In this document: positions 50,572 to 60,696 of the stretch, piece by piece
Position numbering within the stretch: the first letter of the stretch is position 1
Layout of the letters: each line of letters opens with the position of its first letter
Source of the DNA: a candidate division WWE3 bacterium
Lineage (GTDB): Bacteria; Patescibacteriota; 4484-211; GCA-002791395
Direction: 5' to 3'
Assembly: GCA_013335095.1 (NCBI GenBank)
Contig: JAAXWF010000001.1
Span: 214,797 to 278,796 of the forward strand
DNA: 64,000 nt
Position numbers and translations under genes: made by a program
The notes under the pieces: generated by a model
The model's input: only the letters and a program-made list of their open reading frames with translations
Told to the model about the DNA's origin: nothing
Database searches by the model: none

Positions 50572-50645
50572 TGGAGGCCTGGAGGGGAATCGAACCCCTG
50601 GTGAGGGTTTTGCAGACCCTGGCCTTACCACTTGGCTACCAGGCC
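50572..50645 (-). tRNA. tRNA-Cys (anticodon GCA)
   Basis: The reverse complement reads GGCCTGG-TA-GCCAAGTGGTAAGGC-C-AGGGT-CUGCAAA-ACCCT-CACC-AGGGG-TTCGATT-CCCCT-CCAGGCC-T-CCA. Discriminator is U73 and CCA is encoded. Confidence 0.85.
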
Positions 50646-50864
50646 ATCCCGTAACTGAAAGGCTAATCAAACTTTATCAATCGGCAATGCCGTTTATTGG
50701 ATAAAATTTTGTTCGTTTTGATTATAACAGGTTATGTCGGGAAATCTGTCTTTTGTAGTCAACCGGCTCACGTATTAGGTAAATACAGAACCTTCTTGGA
50801 ATACAGCTGCTCTGATCTAAATAAATAATTTTGTTACCAGACTAAAGTATAGTAAAATTGCTTT

Positions 50865-51437
50865 ATGACAGCATTGCAGCCATTTGCCACATTTTTATAT
50901 GACGAAGATCAGATACGATCAATCCAGTTCGCTACGCAACAGAACGATGAAGTAATTAAGCTCTTTGTTCGAAGAGACGGCATAACAAACGTACCGTGGA
51001 TTGCCCTAACGGTACTGCTCCTATTACTACCTCAAATATTGACCTCAATATCCGGAGCAAACGATTTTGTTGGTTTACAGGGATTAATAGATTCGCTGTC
51101 ACCTGCCGAAATACTGTTCTCTTGTTTCTTATATTACTTAGTAGTCATGTACTATGCCTTCCTTCGATTTTTAGAATGGTATTTCACTGTATTAATTGCA
51201 ACGAACAAACGAATTCTCGATTTTGACTATAATCCTCCTTTTTTTAGGGAAACCACCCAAGCCCAATTGAGGGATATCCAAGACGTCAGCCATACCCAAT
51301 CTGGTATCTTTGCGATTATATTCAATTACGGCACGGTGCATCTGCAAACTGCAGGAACTCGGCAAAACATCTCATTGTCCCAGGTACCAAATCCACACCA
51401 AGTCCATAATATTCTTATTAATCTATTAAAAAAATGA
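50865..51437 (+). CDS. bPH_2 (DUF304/YdbS-like) membrane protein
   Basis: Two TM helices followed by a PH-like domain (YFTVLIATNKRILDFDY...GTVHLQTAG). Confidence 0.5.
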   Translation: MTALQPFATFLYDEDQIRSIQFATQQNDEVIKLFVRRDGITNVPWIALTVLLLLLPQILTSISGANDFVGLQGLIDSLSPAEILFSCFLYYLVVMYYAFLRFLEWYFTVLIATNKRILDFDYNPPFFRETTQAQLRDIQDVSHTQSGIFAIIFNYGTVHLQTAGTRQNISLSQVPNPHQVHNILINLLKK

Positions 51438-51688
51438 ACTCAATTAATGACCTAACCACAATTAGCCCGTTCGATATTATTAATGACACTTACATATTTT
51501 TTATTATCGTGGGAGTAATACTCTTAACACTATTCGCGGTTGTAAGCTATCGAAATGTATTGCTATTGAATCAAACGATTCGAACAAACATCTCCCCAAT
51601 TATTAACTTTATCGGGTTGTTGTTTTTACTGTCATCCATTGGTACACTTTTCCTAACACTCACCCAATGGATCAAACTGTCAGCTTAA
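51434..51688 (+). CDS. Small two-TM membrane protein
   Basis: 84 aa with two hydrophobic helices. Overlaps its neighbours by 4 and 22 nt, giving an operon-like arrangement. Confidence 0.3.
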   Translation: MNSINDLTTISPFDIINDTYIFFIIVGVILLTLFAVVSYRNVLLLNQTIRTNISPIINFIGLLFLLSSIGTLFLTLTQWIKLSA

Positions 51689-53397
51689 TACAAAAAAAAA
51701 TACTTCAATCTAGAGATAACTCCGATCAATTTGCTGATATCTACTATCATGCCCCACTTTCGGCTGAGGACCGGGATCATAAAGGTGCGATTATTGTGCA
51801 TATCAGCCTCCATAAGTTATTTCCTGTTGAAAACAAACCAGTTGATTTACCCAAGTTATGTCAGGAGTTATTTATCGTTATTCAAGAGGCGTACTACCAC
51901 AATAATGATACTGGGAGCCCCCTTGAGGCCTTAGAACATGCACTTCAGATGGCGCAAGAAAAAGCCATTCTTCAAACTGAAAAATCCGTACAAGGACTAT
52001 TTGGTGCATTGGCGGTTTGGGGTAAAACCATGATTTACGCGAATCCCGATAATACTTTTATTGGCATACGTCGCAACCATGAATTTATCGAATTAGATCA
52101 AGATCCCTATGGAAATGAGGTCTTAAAAGATGATGATCTAATAATTTTGGCTACTTCGGTTCTAAAAAATTACCATATCGAACCACTTTTACGGGATAAA
52201 CAGGAGCTAAATAATACCGATTTTGCCGAAGAAATGACTCATGTTAATTCTGAATCCTTAGCAGAAAAGGATGCCCCCGCGGTTGGGTACACCGTCCATA
52301 TTCAAATAGATCGAGTTCCGGGCGATGAAGAAATAATCGAAATTCAGCTCCCCCCTCGTGAAGATACTGTGTCTAATAAGAAATCCCCCGTAGATCTGAT
52401 GAAATTCTCTAAGAAAAATCAAACCGAAAAGCAAGATTCAAAGAAACACCTGGACGATCCGGCGATTTACCTAAGACCTTCAAAGCCCAAAAAGAAAAGG
52501 ACTATATTGTTTTTCTTGATCTTACTTATCTTGTTAATCGCGAGCATATATTTTTCCTACCGTTACAATCAACAACATGAGCAACAAAAGCAGCTTGAAC
52601 AAACATTAGAAAAGGGCCAGCAACAATTAGACAGAGCCCAGCAACTCGCATCCTTAAATCCCAAAGAATCCGAAGCATTGCTTGATGAAACGACCTCATT
52701 ATTAGGCCAAGTAAAAGGGGTAAAGCAGGATATTGATCAAAAGGCTAATGCACTTCAGGATCAAGCGGTGGAGATTCGCCGTTCAATATATAAAACCCAA
52801 GAAATAACTCCGCAATTAACCGACCTTTCTGAGGGAGCAGCAAAAAGAGCATACTCGATGAATAGCCGAACTGTAATTAATTCTCTCGGAACCGTAACCC
52901 TTCAAGACTCAAGTGAATGGCAAAATCCGATTGAAGTCGATACATATTCTGAAAACATTTATGTCTTAGACCCAGCGGCATCAGCACTGTGGAAGTATAT
53001 AAACGTCGGAGGACGCTATGCGGCCGCAAGTAATTACTTCCGTCAATCTCCGAATATCCAGGGAGCAATTGATGTGAGCATAGATGGCTCGGTTTACGTG
53101 CTTTATCCAGATAAATTAGAGCGATATACATTAGGAGTCCGCGATGACTTCAAGCTTAGCGGAATATATCCCGACTTGAGTTCCACCTCACGAATAGCGG
53201 TTGAACCAGATAGCAAGTCTTTGTTTATTAGCAGCAATAATAGAATCCTGGTTTTTGGCGAAGATGGTCGTTACCAACGACTCCTAGTAAGTGATTCGTT
53301 GGACGTCATTTCTGATCTTATTAGTACCGATAAAGGTACGGCACTGTGGATAAAAGATTCTCATGGGTGGTGGAAGGTTAACCCCTCGCAAAAGTAA
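51667..53397 (+). CDS. Hypothetical bitopic membrane protein (576 aa)
   Basis: Cytoplasmic N-domain, TM at ~aa 275 (ILFFLILLILLIASIYF), a coiled-coil stretch, then a beta-rich C-terminal domain. Confidence 0.4.
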   Translation: MDQTVSLIQKKILQSRDNSDQFADIYYHAPLSAEDRDHKGAIIVHISLHKLFPVENKPVDLPKLCQELFIVIQEAYYHNNDTGSPLEALEHALQMAQEKAILQTEKSVQGLFGALAVWGKTMIYANPDNTFIGIRRNHEFIELDQDPYGNEVLKDDDLIILATSVLKNYHIEPLLRDKQELNNTDFAEEMTHVNSESLAEKDAPAVGYTVHIQIDRVPGDEEIIEIQLPPREDTVSNKKSPVDLMKFSKKNQTEKQDSKKHLDDPAIYLRPSKPKKKRTILFFLILLILLIASIYFSYRYNQQHEQQKQLEQTLEKGQQQLDRAQQLASLNPKESEALLDETTSLLGQVKGVKQDIDQKANALQDQAVEIRRSIYKTQEITPQLTDLSEGAAKRAYSMNSRTVINSLGTVTLQDSSEWQNPIEVDTYSENIYVLDPAASALWKYINVGGRYAAASNYFRQSPNIQGAIDVSIDGSVYVLYPDKLERYTLGVRDDFKLSGIYPDLSSTSRIAVEPDSKSLFISSNNRILVFGEDGRYQRLLVSDSLDVISDLISTDKGTALWIKDSHGWWKVNPSQK

Positions 53398-54088
53398 ACG
53401 CATACACGTGAGTTACGTTCTTAGTCTGCTTTAATAGCCTGGCAGCCTCTCGTAAAGTGCTTCCGGTAGTAAAAACATCATCAACCAACAGCACTTTTGA
53501 TGGTAAATTCTTACGATAATGCGGATTTAGTCGAAATGCATTTTGTACATTCTGATGGCGGTCTTTTCGGGACATCTGGCTCTGAGGTTGACTGAATGAT
53601 GTCCTTTTTAGTAGGTTCGACTCCATAGGGATGTTGAAAATAGAAGAAATAATTCCCCCGATCTCTTCAGCCTGATTGAATCCACGCATTCGATAACGAA
53701 AAGGATGCAATGGAACCGGAATAACGACGCAGTCACTCCACCACGGGCACTCGATATCTATTGATGAAAAACGTGTTAGTTCTTCAATAACCTCTAACGC
53801 ACACCGTACTGCAGGATAAAACTTAATCTCACCAATCAGTGACGCAATTGGATCGTGATAATAACAAATGCTGTACAACTGATCGATTGGGCTTCGATAA
53901 CAACGTTCGTGGCGAAATCCCAGAACAGAATGCACGCCACATCGAGGACAATACTGTTCAGTAACGTAACCAACTTTTGACTTGCATTCATTACATAAAT
54001 AGCTTCCCCAATACCCGCATGCACTACACTGTTTTGGGAAAAGAATATTTAGAATGAAAAGGGCTATAGACCTGACCTTTTTTATCAT
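53378..54088 (-). CDS. comF: ComF-family protein (phosphoribosyltransferase domain with N-terminal zinc ribbon)
   Basis: CSACGYWGSYLCNEC...CPRCG, and the PRTase motif VLLVDDVFTTGSTL. Confidence 0.75.
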   Translation of the reverse strand: MIKKVRSIALFILNILFPKQCSACGYWGSYLCNECKSKVGYVTEQYCPRCGVHSVLGFRHERCYRSPIDQLYSICYYHDPIASLIGEIKFYPAVRCALEVIEELTRFSSIDIECPWWSDCVVIPVPLHPFRYRMRGFNQAEEIGGIISSIFNIPMESNLLKRTSFSQPQSQMSRKDRHQNVQNAFRLNPHYRKNLPSKVLLVDDVFTTGSTLREAARLLKQTKNVTHVYAFTFARG

Positions 54089-54147
54089 AATTGTTTACAT
54101 ATATTTTACTATATAAGCCAATATTTAAACATGCTACAATATTATGT

Positions 54148-54600
54148 ATGTCTACAATAGCGATAAACCGTAAAGCCCATCATGATTTTTTCATTCTAGA
54201 AAGCTGGGAAGCTGGAATCCAATTAACTGGGGCAGAAGCAAAATCAGCAAAAGCTGGGCACTTACAAATCTCTGATAGCTTTGCCAAGATTTCAAGTGCT
54301 GGTGAGATATATTTATACAATTGCTACATTGCTCCGTATAAACCTGCTGCCGATAAAGAATATCAACCGTATAGGGCTCGCAGATTACTCCTCCATAAGG
54401 ATCAAATATCACAATTAATCATTCGGATGCGGGGCGAACACATCACTGTTGTACCGATAAAAATATATACCAATGAACGTGGATTGATAAAGTTAGAGCT
54501 AGGCATCGCTCAAGGAAAAAAGAAATACGATAAACGACAAGCCGAAAAAGAGAAAGCGGTCGATCGAAATATCGCTCAGACGTTGAAAAAGTTCAAATAA
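54148..54600 (+). CDS. smpB: SsrA-binding protein SmpB
   Basis: NRKAHHDFFILESWEAGIQLTGAEAKS...RARRLLLHKDQI... and a C-terminal basic tail. Start trimmed to MSTIAIN. Confidence 0.85.
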   Translation: MSTIAINRKAHHDFFILESWEAGIQLTGAEAKSAKAGHLQISDSFAKISSAGEIYLYNCYIAPYKPAADKEYQPYRARRLLLHKDQISQLIIRMRGEHITVVPIKIYTNERGLIKLELGIAQGKKKYDKRQAEKEKAVDRNIAQTLKKFK

Positions 54601-54663
54601 TGTGGTAAATTTATGCACAAGTGATGTATAAACCGCATTATAGTGCATACATTCACCATTCAT

Positions 54664-54984
54664 GGGGATGCTCAGCATCGACAAAAGCATTTTTTACAAC
54701 TAGCAAGCCGAGTTTTGATTATCAACTCGCTAAACAAATAATCGCAAACAATAAATGGCGTTAATAATAGTTACGCTCCAGTCGCCTACGCTATTGCGTA
54801 AAGCCCTGGCATCGGCCTTTTCTTACTACTCCTGACAAGAGAGTTAACCGGTGTAATATTAGTCAGGAATCTTTATCATTGCACTTTTATCTTTATCCCG
54901 ATGGCTAAAATCGGGAAGAAAGCTTGTAAACTAGCTGTACACAAATCTTATTGGACGAGGGTGCAAATCCCTCCATCTCCACCA
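54664..54984 (+). ncRNA. ssrA: tmRNA (ssrA)
   Basis: The 5' GGGGAUGCUCAGCAUCGAC pairs with the 3' ...GGAC-GAGGG-UGCAAAU-CCCUC-CAUCUCC-A-CCA, which is collinear with E. coli tmRNA ends, including the G3-U70 Ala identity pair. It lies immediately downstream of smpB. An internal short ORF ends at TAA 54799-54801. Confidence 0.8.
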
Positions 54985-54990
54985 TGATCA

Positions 54991-55016
54991 GAGCCACCCT
55001 AAAGGTGGCTTTTTTC
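54991..55016 (+). terminator. Rho-independent terminator after ssrA (GAGCCACC-CUAAA-GGUGGCUC, then U6)
   Basis: Perfect stem and T-run read directly. Confidence 0.55.
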
Positions 55017-55030
55017 GTATAAATACCTTT

Positions 55031-56643
55031 TTAAGTGCGAGTTGTTTCGTTCATTAGATAAATAGCATTCTTGTATGACATTGCGGTAATCCAAATTCCA
55101 CCGTTCTCTCTGTTTTCCATATATGAATCAAGGATAGTCGATGAACCTGAATTTTTTCTTAGAATTTCTTCAAAGTACCCTCTTTTCCATCCCATGGAGA
55201 AAAAAATTACCCTATTGATTGGATGCTGGTTATTCAATTGTTCTAATTGCGGTAATAAGACTCGATAATCTCCCCACGAAGGACGAACCTCCCATATCAT
55301 TCTAAATAGTACTGGTTGGGACATAAATGATCCCATAGCTGTTTCGTGGGTAAACATATCATTTGTGAATGAATTTTCGGCGAATGCCAAAGTTAAGCCC
55401 CCCTGTTTATCGGAAAGAATAACGTCACCTGGTTTAAGTATTTGTTTTAAATGTTCCATTCCGTTCTGATAATTCTCTAAAGTGGTTGGAAATTCGGCTG
55501 TCGATACATAACCGTGATCACGAAAAAAGTTATTCGAAGCATAAACTCCTACCAAAACGGCATTAAATAAGATTGAAGATATAAGTATTCCAGCTCGAAT
55601 AAATGACCGATAAGAAGACTTATAATTCAAAATCCGATGCACGAGCGTTTCAAGACCAACAGAGACGATTAACACATATGGAATAAATAGATGCAAGATA
55701 TGACGAGTTCCCGAGTACGGATATAACGATAAAACACCCAACATAAGCGTAGCAAGTAATCCCCCATAGAACGAATATACGAAAACACGATTCGTAGATC
55801 TCCATAAAATCATACTTCCGTAGGCTAATCCGAGTGCTCCTACTACAAAAAACCCAATAGTTGGACCGGATAAATAACATAATATGGTGATTGAGTTACG
55901 GATAATTTCTATACATGAATGCGGAAAACCGTTAGCTAACCACCCTTGTGTAAAGCCGACATTAAAACTCGATCCATACAACCACTCATTATGACCGTTA
56001 TATAAAAATGCTATGACAATGACTGAAATGATTAGGATATAACCGGCTAAGGAGCCGTTGAGCCGGACCTTTTTTGCTGAACCGGATAAATGGTTCATCA
56101 TGAAAAAAAGTACCGGCAACACAATAGCATAGTGGGTTAAAACAGATAGAAAAGACAATGCGTAATACCCCCACAGCACAAGGAGTGATTTAGACTTCTG
56201 GTACTTCAAAAAGAGCCACCAACTTATAGATAAAAATACTAACGCCAAAGAATACTGCCGCAAAACTTGGGATTGCAATACGAGTCCAAGATTAAAGGTT
56301 GTCAGCCAGGCAGCGATTAATCCCACACGCTTGTTAAACCAATCACGACCCAACAAATACATCACCCAGATCAGCATAATTCCAGGAATTAATCCCAACA
56401 ACCTCAACCAGATGGGATGAGATCCGACCTTTAACAAAAAATGTAAAATGACGTACATCATTGGAGGATGAACCTCTAAGAAATTACGATTCAACACGTC
56501 AGAAAGAGTGTGTCCGCTTGAGATTCCGATACGTAATAAGTCGTCCGGAGAAAAGAAATAATAAGATAAATCAGATACCCGTATAAAGATACCTAAGATA
56601 CTTAGAAAACAGAGGTGTAAAAAAGACAAATTGATTGGTCGCC
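55031..56643 (-). CDS. GT-C-fold glycosyltransferase-like polytopic membrane protein (ArnT/PMT-like)
   Basis: About 12 TM helices with a DD motif in the first extracytoplasmic loop (FFSPDDLL). The start is reassigned to ATG 56643, which is preceded by AGGAG, because the longer ORF would overlap the lepA start. Confidence 0.45.
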
Positions 56644-56725
56644 TAAATTCCATTGAGACACTCCTATTGTACCCTGCATTGATGACTGCCCGACAATAGC
56701 CTATCTCTGATATCATCTTCATAGC

Positions 56726-58531
56726 ATGAATACCACACATATTCGCAATTTTTGTATTATCGCTCATATTGATCATGGAAAATCGACCTTGGCCGACCGC
56801 CTGCTTCAACGCACGGGCACTGTTTCTGACAGGGAGATGCAGGATCAATTCTTGGATAAGCTCGATTTAGAGAGGGAGAGGGGCATCACCATCAAGTTAC
56901 AAGCAGTGCGGATGGAGTGGAAAGACGCGATTAACGAGCAATACGTTTTAAACCTCATCGATACCCCAGGACATATCGATTTTTCGTATGAAGTAAACCG
57001 CGCCCTGGCTGCATGTGAAGGGGCACTGCTATTAGTCGATGCCAGCCAAGGAATACAAGCCCAAACGTTGGCGAACTACTTTAAAGCCGTTGAGGCAAAA
57101 CTTAAAATAATTCCCGTTGTAAACAAGATCGATTTACCTTCGGCAAGGCCAGAAGACGTTGCACTAGAGATTATTGAAACATTTGGTTTTGATCATGAGG
57201 ACATTATCTTTGCGAGCGGTAAAACGGGTGCTGGTGTCGATGAATTGCTCGAAGCAATAATTAAAAAGATACCCGCTCCCCTAGAATCGCAAAATAATAT
57301 ACCAAAAGCGTTAGTATTTGATAGTTATTATGATAGCCATCGCGGAGTGGTAGCAATGATTCGCGTAATTGAAGGAGAGTTGCATCATCAACCGATGTAT
57401 CTGGTTAATTCCCAACAAGATTTCAATCCAATAGAGATTGGTTATATGACGTCATCTCAGGTAAAAACAAAACAAATATTAACAGGAGAAGTTGGATATA
57501 TTGCGACCGGGTTAAAAGACATTGAGCGCGTACGTGTTGGTGCAACAATTACCCATGAAGAAAATTGGAATTCGGTGACACCTTTACCTGGATATCAAGA
57601 GCCAAAGCCGATGGTTTTTGCGAATCTGTTTCCAGTCGATGCCGATAAATTTAAGGAGCTACGGGAGTCGGTGCTTAAATATAAACTGACCGATGCTGCG
57701 TTCGTATATGAACCAATTCATTCCCAGGTATTAGGAGCTGGCTTTCGGTGTGGGTTTTTAGGGCTCTTACACTTAGAGGTTGTTCGGGAACGTATTGAGC
57801 AGGAATACAATATCGAAACGCAAGTAACGTCTCCTAATGTGTTGTATGAAATTGAGTTTCGCGATGGCAGAAAAGAAGCGCTCCAATCACCCGAAGATAT
57901 GCCCGATCCGAGTACGATCAGTAATATTTTCGAACCATGGTGTAAGGTAAAGATTTATACCCAAAAAGATTACATTGGTGATTTGATGAAGATATCCGAC
58001 CAACATCGTGGAGTGTTTATCGATATGAGCTACTTAGCCAGCGATAAAAGCGGATCTCGCGTTACCCTTGAGTATGATATGCCTCTTGCCGAAGTGATAA
58101 CGAACTTCTTTGATCAGGTTAAATCGGTTTCGGCTGGTTATGCATCGCTTGATTATGAGCTCACTGACTATCGTTTAGTCGATTTAGTACGCCTCGACTT
58201 GCTTTTAAACGGTGAAAGCCATGAAGCATTGGCACGATTGGTTGTCCGATCCCAGGCTCATGAGATCGGAAATAAATTGGTCAGTACACTCAAAGAGACG
58301 TTACCGCGACAACAGTTTGCCGTACCGATTCAGGCAGCCATAGGAGGAAAGATTATTGCCCGCGAAACATTATCGGCGGTCCGTAAAGATGTGACAGGAT
58401 ATTTATATGGTGGAGACCGAACCCGTAAAGATAAACTACTTAAAAAACAAGCCGAAGGTAAAAAACGTATGCAAGCTATGGGATCGGTTACGATTCCTCA
58501 CGATGTGTATAAACGTATAGTATCTCTTTAA
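56726..58531 (+). CDS. lepA: Elongation factor 4 (LepA)
   Basis: IIAHIDHGKSTLADRLL, DTPGH, NKID and the LepA-specific C-terminal domain. Confidence 0.95.
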   Translation: MNTTHIRNFCIIAHIDHGKSTLADRLLQRTGTVSDREMQDQFLDKLDLERERGITIKLQAVRMEWKDAINEQYVLNLIDTPGHIDFSYEVNRALAACEGALLLVDASQGIQAQTLANYFKAVEAKLKIIPVVNKIDLPSARPEDVALEIIETFGFDHEDIIFASGKTGAGVDELLEAIIKKIPAPLESQNNIPKALVFDSYYDSHRGVVAMIRVIEGELHHQPMYLVNSQQDFNPIEIGYMTSSQVKTKQILTGEVGYIATGLKDIERVRVGATITHEENWNSVTPLPGYQEPKPMVFANLFPVDADKFKELRESVLKYKLTDAAFVYEPIHSQVLGAGFRCGFLGLLHLEVVRERIEQEYNIETQVTSPNVLYEIEFRDGRKEALQSPEDMPDPSTISNIFEPWCKVKIYTQKDYIGDLMKISDQHRGVFIDMSYLASDKSGSRVTLEYDMPLAEVITNFFDQVKSVSAGYASLDYELTDYRLVDLVRLDLLLNGESHEALARLVVRSQAHEIGNKLVSTLKETLPRQQFAVPIQAAIGGKIIARETLSAVRKDVTGYLYGGDRTRKDKLLKKQAEGKKRMQAMGSVTIPHDVYKRIVSL

Positions 58532-58535
58532 AAAA

Positions 58536-58572
58536 TCCCGAAGCGATAAGTCGCCCCGGGATCCTTTCAGTT
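58536..58572. terminator. Nested-palindrome hairpin after lepA (UCCCG..GCGA-UAAG-UCGC..CGGGA), probably a bidirectional terminator
   Basis: Read directly. Lies between the convergent lepA and the GC-rich ORF. Confidence 0.4.
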
Positions 58573-58583
58573 TGCGAAATTTA

Positions 58584-59087
58584 CTATTCCTCTGGCGGAG
58601 AGGGTAGCATGTCGAGATCGGACCGCATCAGTCCGAGTACGATGTCTCGCTCCATCTGGCTGGCCCAACCGACCATGATAAGGAAGGCCAACCGCAGTCG
58701 GTAACGATCCAACGACTCAAGCGGATACAGATCAAGCAAGTGCTCGATCCGGTCGATCGGCCACTCTTCCCTGGAGGCAACCCCCTGAATTAGAAGTTGC
58801 ACCAGCAGGTACGAGACACCCAGTTGATCAGCGATCAACTGGCGGCGAAGACGACCGTGCGTAACCTCGAAGATATTGCGTACCCAAAGCGAGGCAGTGC
58901 GCCGTTCAGCATACTCAGGCGTACCCATCAGGGCCGCCCAACGCCGCACGACCTCGGTCATGCGGGATTCAAACTCCCGCTCCTCCTCGGTTTTCTCCGA
59001 AGCATTGATTTCGTCAATCTCTTGGTCGGTCAGACCGAGGTCTCGAAGTGCCTGCCGATCAGGGTCTTCCGCTGGTACCTGGGACAT
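58584..59087 (-). CDS. Hypothetical protein (GC-rich island)
   Basis: High-GC ORF. The start is uncertain (MSQVPAEDPDRQALRDLGL... is preferred). No family recognised. Confidence 0.4.
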   Translation of the reverse strand: MSQVPAEDPDRQALRDLGLTDQEIDEINASEKTEEEREFESRMTEVVRRWAALMGTPEYAERRTASLWVRNIFEVTHGRLRRQLIADQLGVSYLLVQLLIQGVASREEWPIDRIEHLLDLYPLESLDRYRLRLAFLIMVGWASQMERDIVLGLMRSDLDMLPSPPEE

Positions 59088-59200
59088 ACAGCCCCTCCTT
59101 TGCATAGATTCCACCAAACTTAGCCCTTATATTTTACCACACCACTATAGGATGGTATAATTTAAATACAGTGTCTAAGGGGACTATCAAGGAGGATGCA

Positions 59201-59638
59201 ATGCATCCAAAGGACCTGCTCGGGTTGCTGGCAATGATATCGGTGGTGGTCGTAGTTTCGTGGGGCCGTTTTTCTAGCATCCCAACCGAAACCAACGTTG
59301 CCACAATCGATTGTCCGTCCGCAATGGAGCTCCCTGTGGGGAGCATGTGTGAGTCGAAAGGCGTACAGGCGGGCTCTGGCAGCCTAATCCAACTCGGTGG
59401 CTGGAAGTACGCCCAAGCCACATTCTTCGGCGGTGCCGCGCTTCGTCAAGCCGACAACATCCAGATAAAGGATACGGCTGGCAAAGTTACCGGGTCCGAC
59501 CGGCTGCTGAATGGCGTCTATACCATTCAGATCGGCAAGGGTGAGGCCCGTTTGGGTATCGACGATCCGATCACAACGGATCCCAAAGAGGTGAGCGTAC
59601 AGCTTACCCTCTTCCGCCCAACCGCCCCGGCCCCGTGA
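59201..59638 (+). CDS. Small secreted or anchored hypothetical protein (GC-rich island)
   Basis: AGGAGG lies 5 nt before ATG 59201. The N-terminal hydrophobic segment is LLGLLAMISVVVVVSW. A strong terminator follows. Confidence 0.45.
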   Translation: MHPKDLLGLLAMISVVVVVSWGRFSSIPTETNVATIDCPSAMELPVGSMCESKGVQAGSGSLIQLGGWKYAQATFFGGAALRQADNIQIKDTAGKVTGSDRLLNGVYTIQIGKGEARLGIDDPITTDPKEVSVQLTLFRPTAPAP

Positions 59639-59644
59639 TAATGT

Positions 59645-59682
59645 CCCCTGGCGCGCACCACGCGCGTCAGGGGATTTTTTTT
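59645..59682 (+). terminator. Rho-independent terminator (CCCCUGGCGCGC-ACCA-CGCGCGUCAGGGG, then U8)
   Basis: Read directly, immediately after the stop at 59638. Confidence 0.65.
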
Positions 59683-59739
59683 CACCTCATATGATATGAT
59701 ACGACTATCGGCCGAATAGAGTTGCAAGGAGGTCACTTC

Positions 59740-60213
59740 ATGACCGAACCCCGGATACTTCCGTTTGAAGTAATTTTCTGCCCCCAATGTGGGCAAGAAA
59801 CCCCCAAAGTGGGGAATAAGTGCATGATGTGCGGGGCCGGGTTAGTAAAGTTCAAGTCAACCCCACCAACGCCTGAACTGGAATGGCTGACGGTCGCACC
59901 CGATGCCGATACCACCCTAATCTCATTGGAGTTATCCAAAAAGATTAGCCTAACCACGCCACCGATTCCAATCGAGCTAATCATCCAGGCCCTAGACCAG
60001 TTGGCAAAAATCAATCCCCAACACGTCCAGGTCCTCATTCGATGGTATGGACTGGATGGAAAACCACCCCGAACCTTGACCGAAATCGCCGCATCAGTTG
60101 GAAAAAAAATCGGCTATGCCAGCCGACTTCGGACACAAGGGACACGCAAAATTAGGCACCCAGAATATGGGCTGCAGCAGGCGATCAACGAGCTAGAAGG
60201 AGAAAAAGAATAA
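59740..60213 (+). CDS. Zinc-ribbon protein with a C-terminal sigma-70 region-4-like HTH (GC-rich island)
   Basis: AGGAGG lies 7 nt before the ATG. The Zn ribbon reads CPQCG...CMMCG. The C-terminal LTEIAASVGKKIGYASRLRTQGTRKIRH resembles sigma70 region 4.2. Confidence 0.45.
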   Translation: MTEPRILPFEVIFCPQCGQETPKVGNKCMMCGAGLVKFKSTPPTPELEWLTVAPDADTTLISLELSKKISLTTPPIPIELIIQALDQLAKINPQHVQVLIRWYGLDGKPPRTLTEIAASVGKKIGYASRLRTQGTRKIRHPEYGLQQAINELEGEKE

Positions 60214-60220
60214 CAATAAA

Positions 60221-60256
60221 AGCCACGTATTCACTATCCGAATACGTGGCTTATTT
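60221..60256. terminator. Perfect 12-bp hairpin (AGCCACGUAUUC...GAAUACGUGGCU) followed by a U-rich tract. Bidirectional terminator between convergent genes
   Basis: Read directly. Confidence 0.5.
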
Positions 60257-60273
60257 AATATTGGCACCACAAC

Positions 60274-60696
60274 TTATCGCCCGGTGTTCCCGGTAACTCT
60301 GATCAACAGGCCAATTCGATCCGCATAAAGTCGAGAAACAAATAATTCCAGGTCTTCAGGATAATTTCCCAAAACACCCAGAATAACTGTTTCCAACCAC
60401 GCGCGATCATCGGTATCGATACCGAGAACGATAGCGAGTTGTTTTACCTTATCCAAACCGAACACTTGGGGCTTAATTAAGCCGCACTCTAAAAGGGAAT
60501 ATACGGATGCATCGATCTGCAGAGTATCGACTATTTCGGTGATGCTCAAACCACACAATAGTCTCCGCAAAACGATATATTGGGCGCATAACCAGTGTAC
60601 AAGCTCTTCTCCAATTCCTGGTCTCTGAGAAAAGAGCCGATCAACAAACGGGTTTTCAAGCGACATAGAAGTCGCATCCGATAATGGTGATGGCAT
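60274..60696 (-). CDS. XRE-family helix-turn-helix transcriptional regulator
   Basis: AAAGGAG lies 8 nt before ATG 60696. The HTH-like segment is LSITEIVDTLQIDASVYSLLECGLIKP...LAIVLGIDTDD. Confidence 0.5.
   Translation of the reverse strand: MPSPLSDATSMSLENPFVDRLFSQRPGIGEELVHWLCAQYIVLRRLLCGLSITEIVDTLQIDASVYSLLECGLIKPQVFGLDKVKQLAIVLGIDTDDRAWLETVILGVLGNYPEDLELFVSRLYADRIGLLIRVTGNTGR

Noticed and set aside
54739-54874. Frame-2 ORF inside tmRNA (MALIIVTLQSPTLLRKALASAFSYYS)
   Set aside because: It is too long and has no C-terminal degradation-tag character. The tag frame is more likely one of the two short frames ending at 54757 or 54801.
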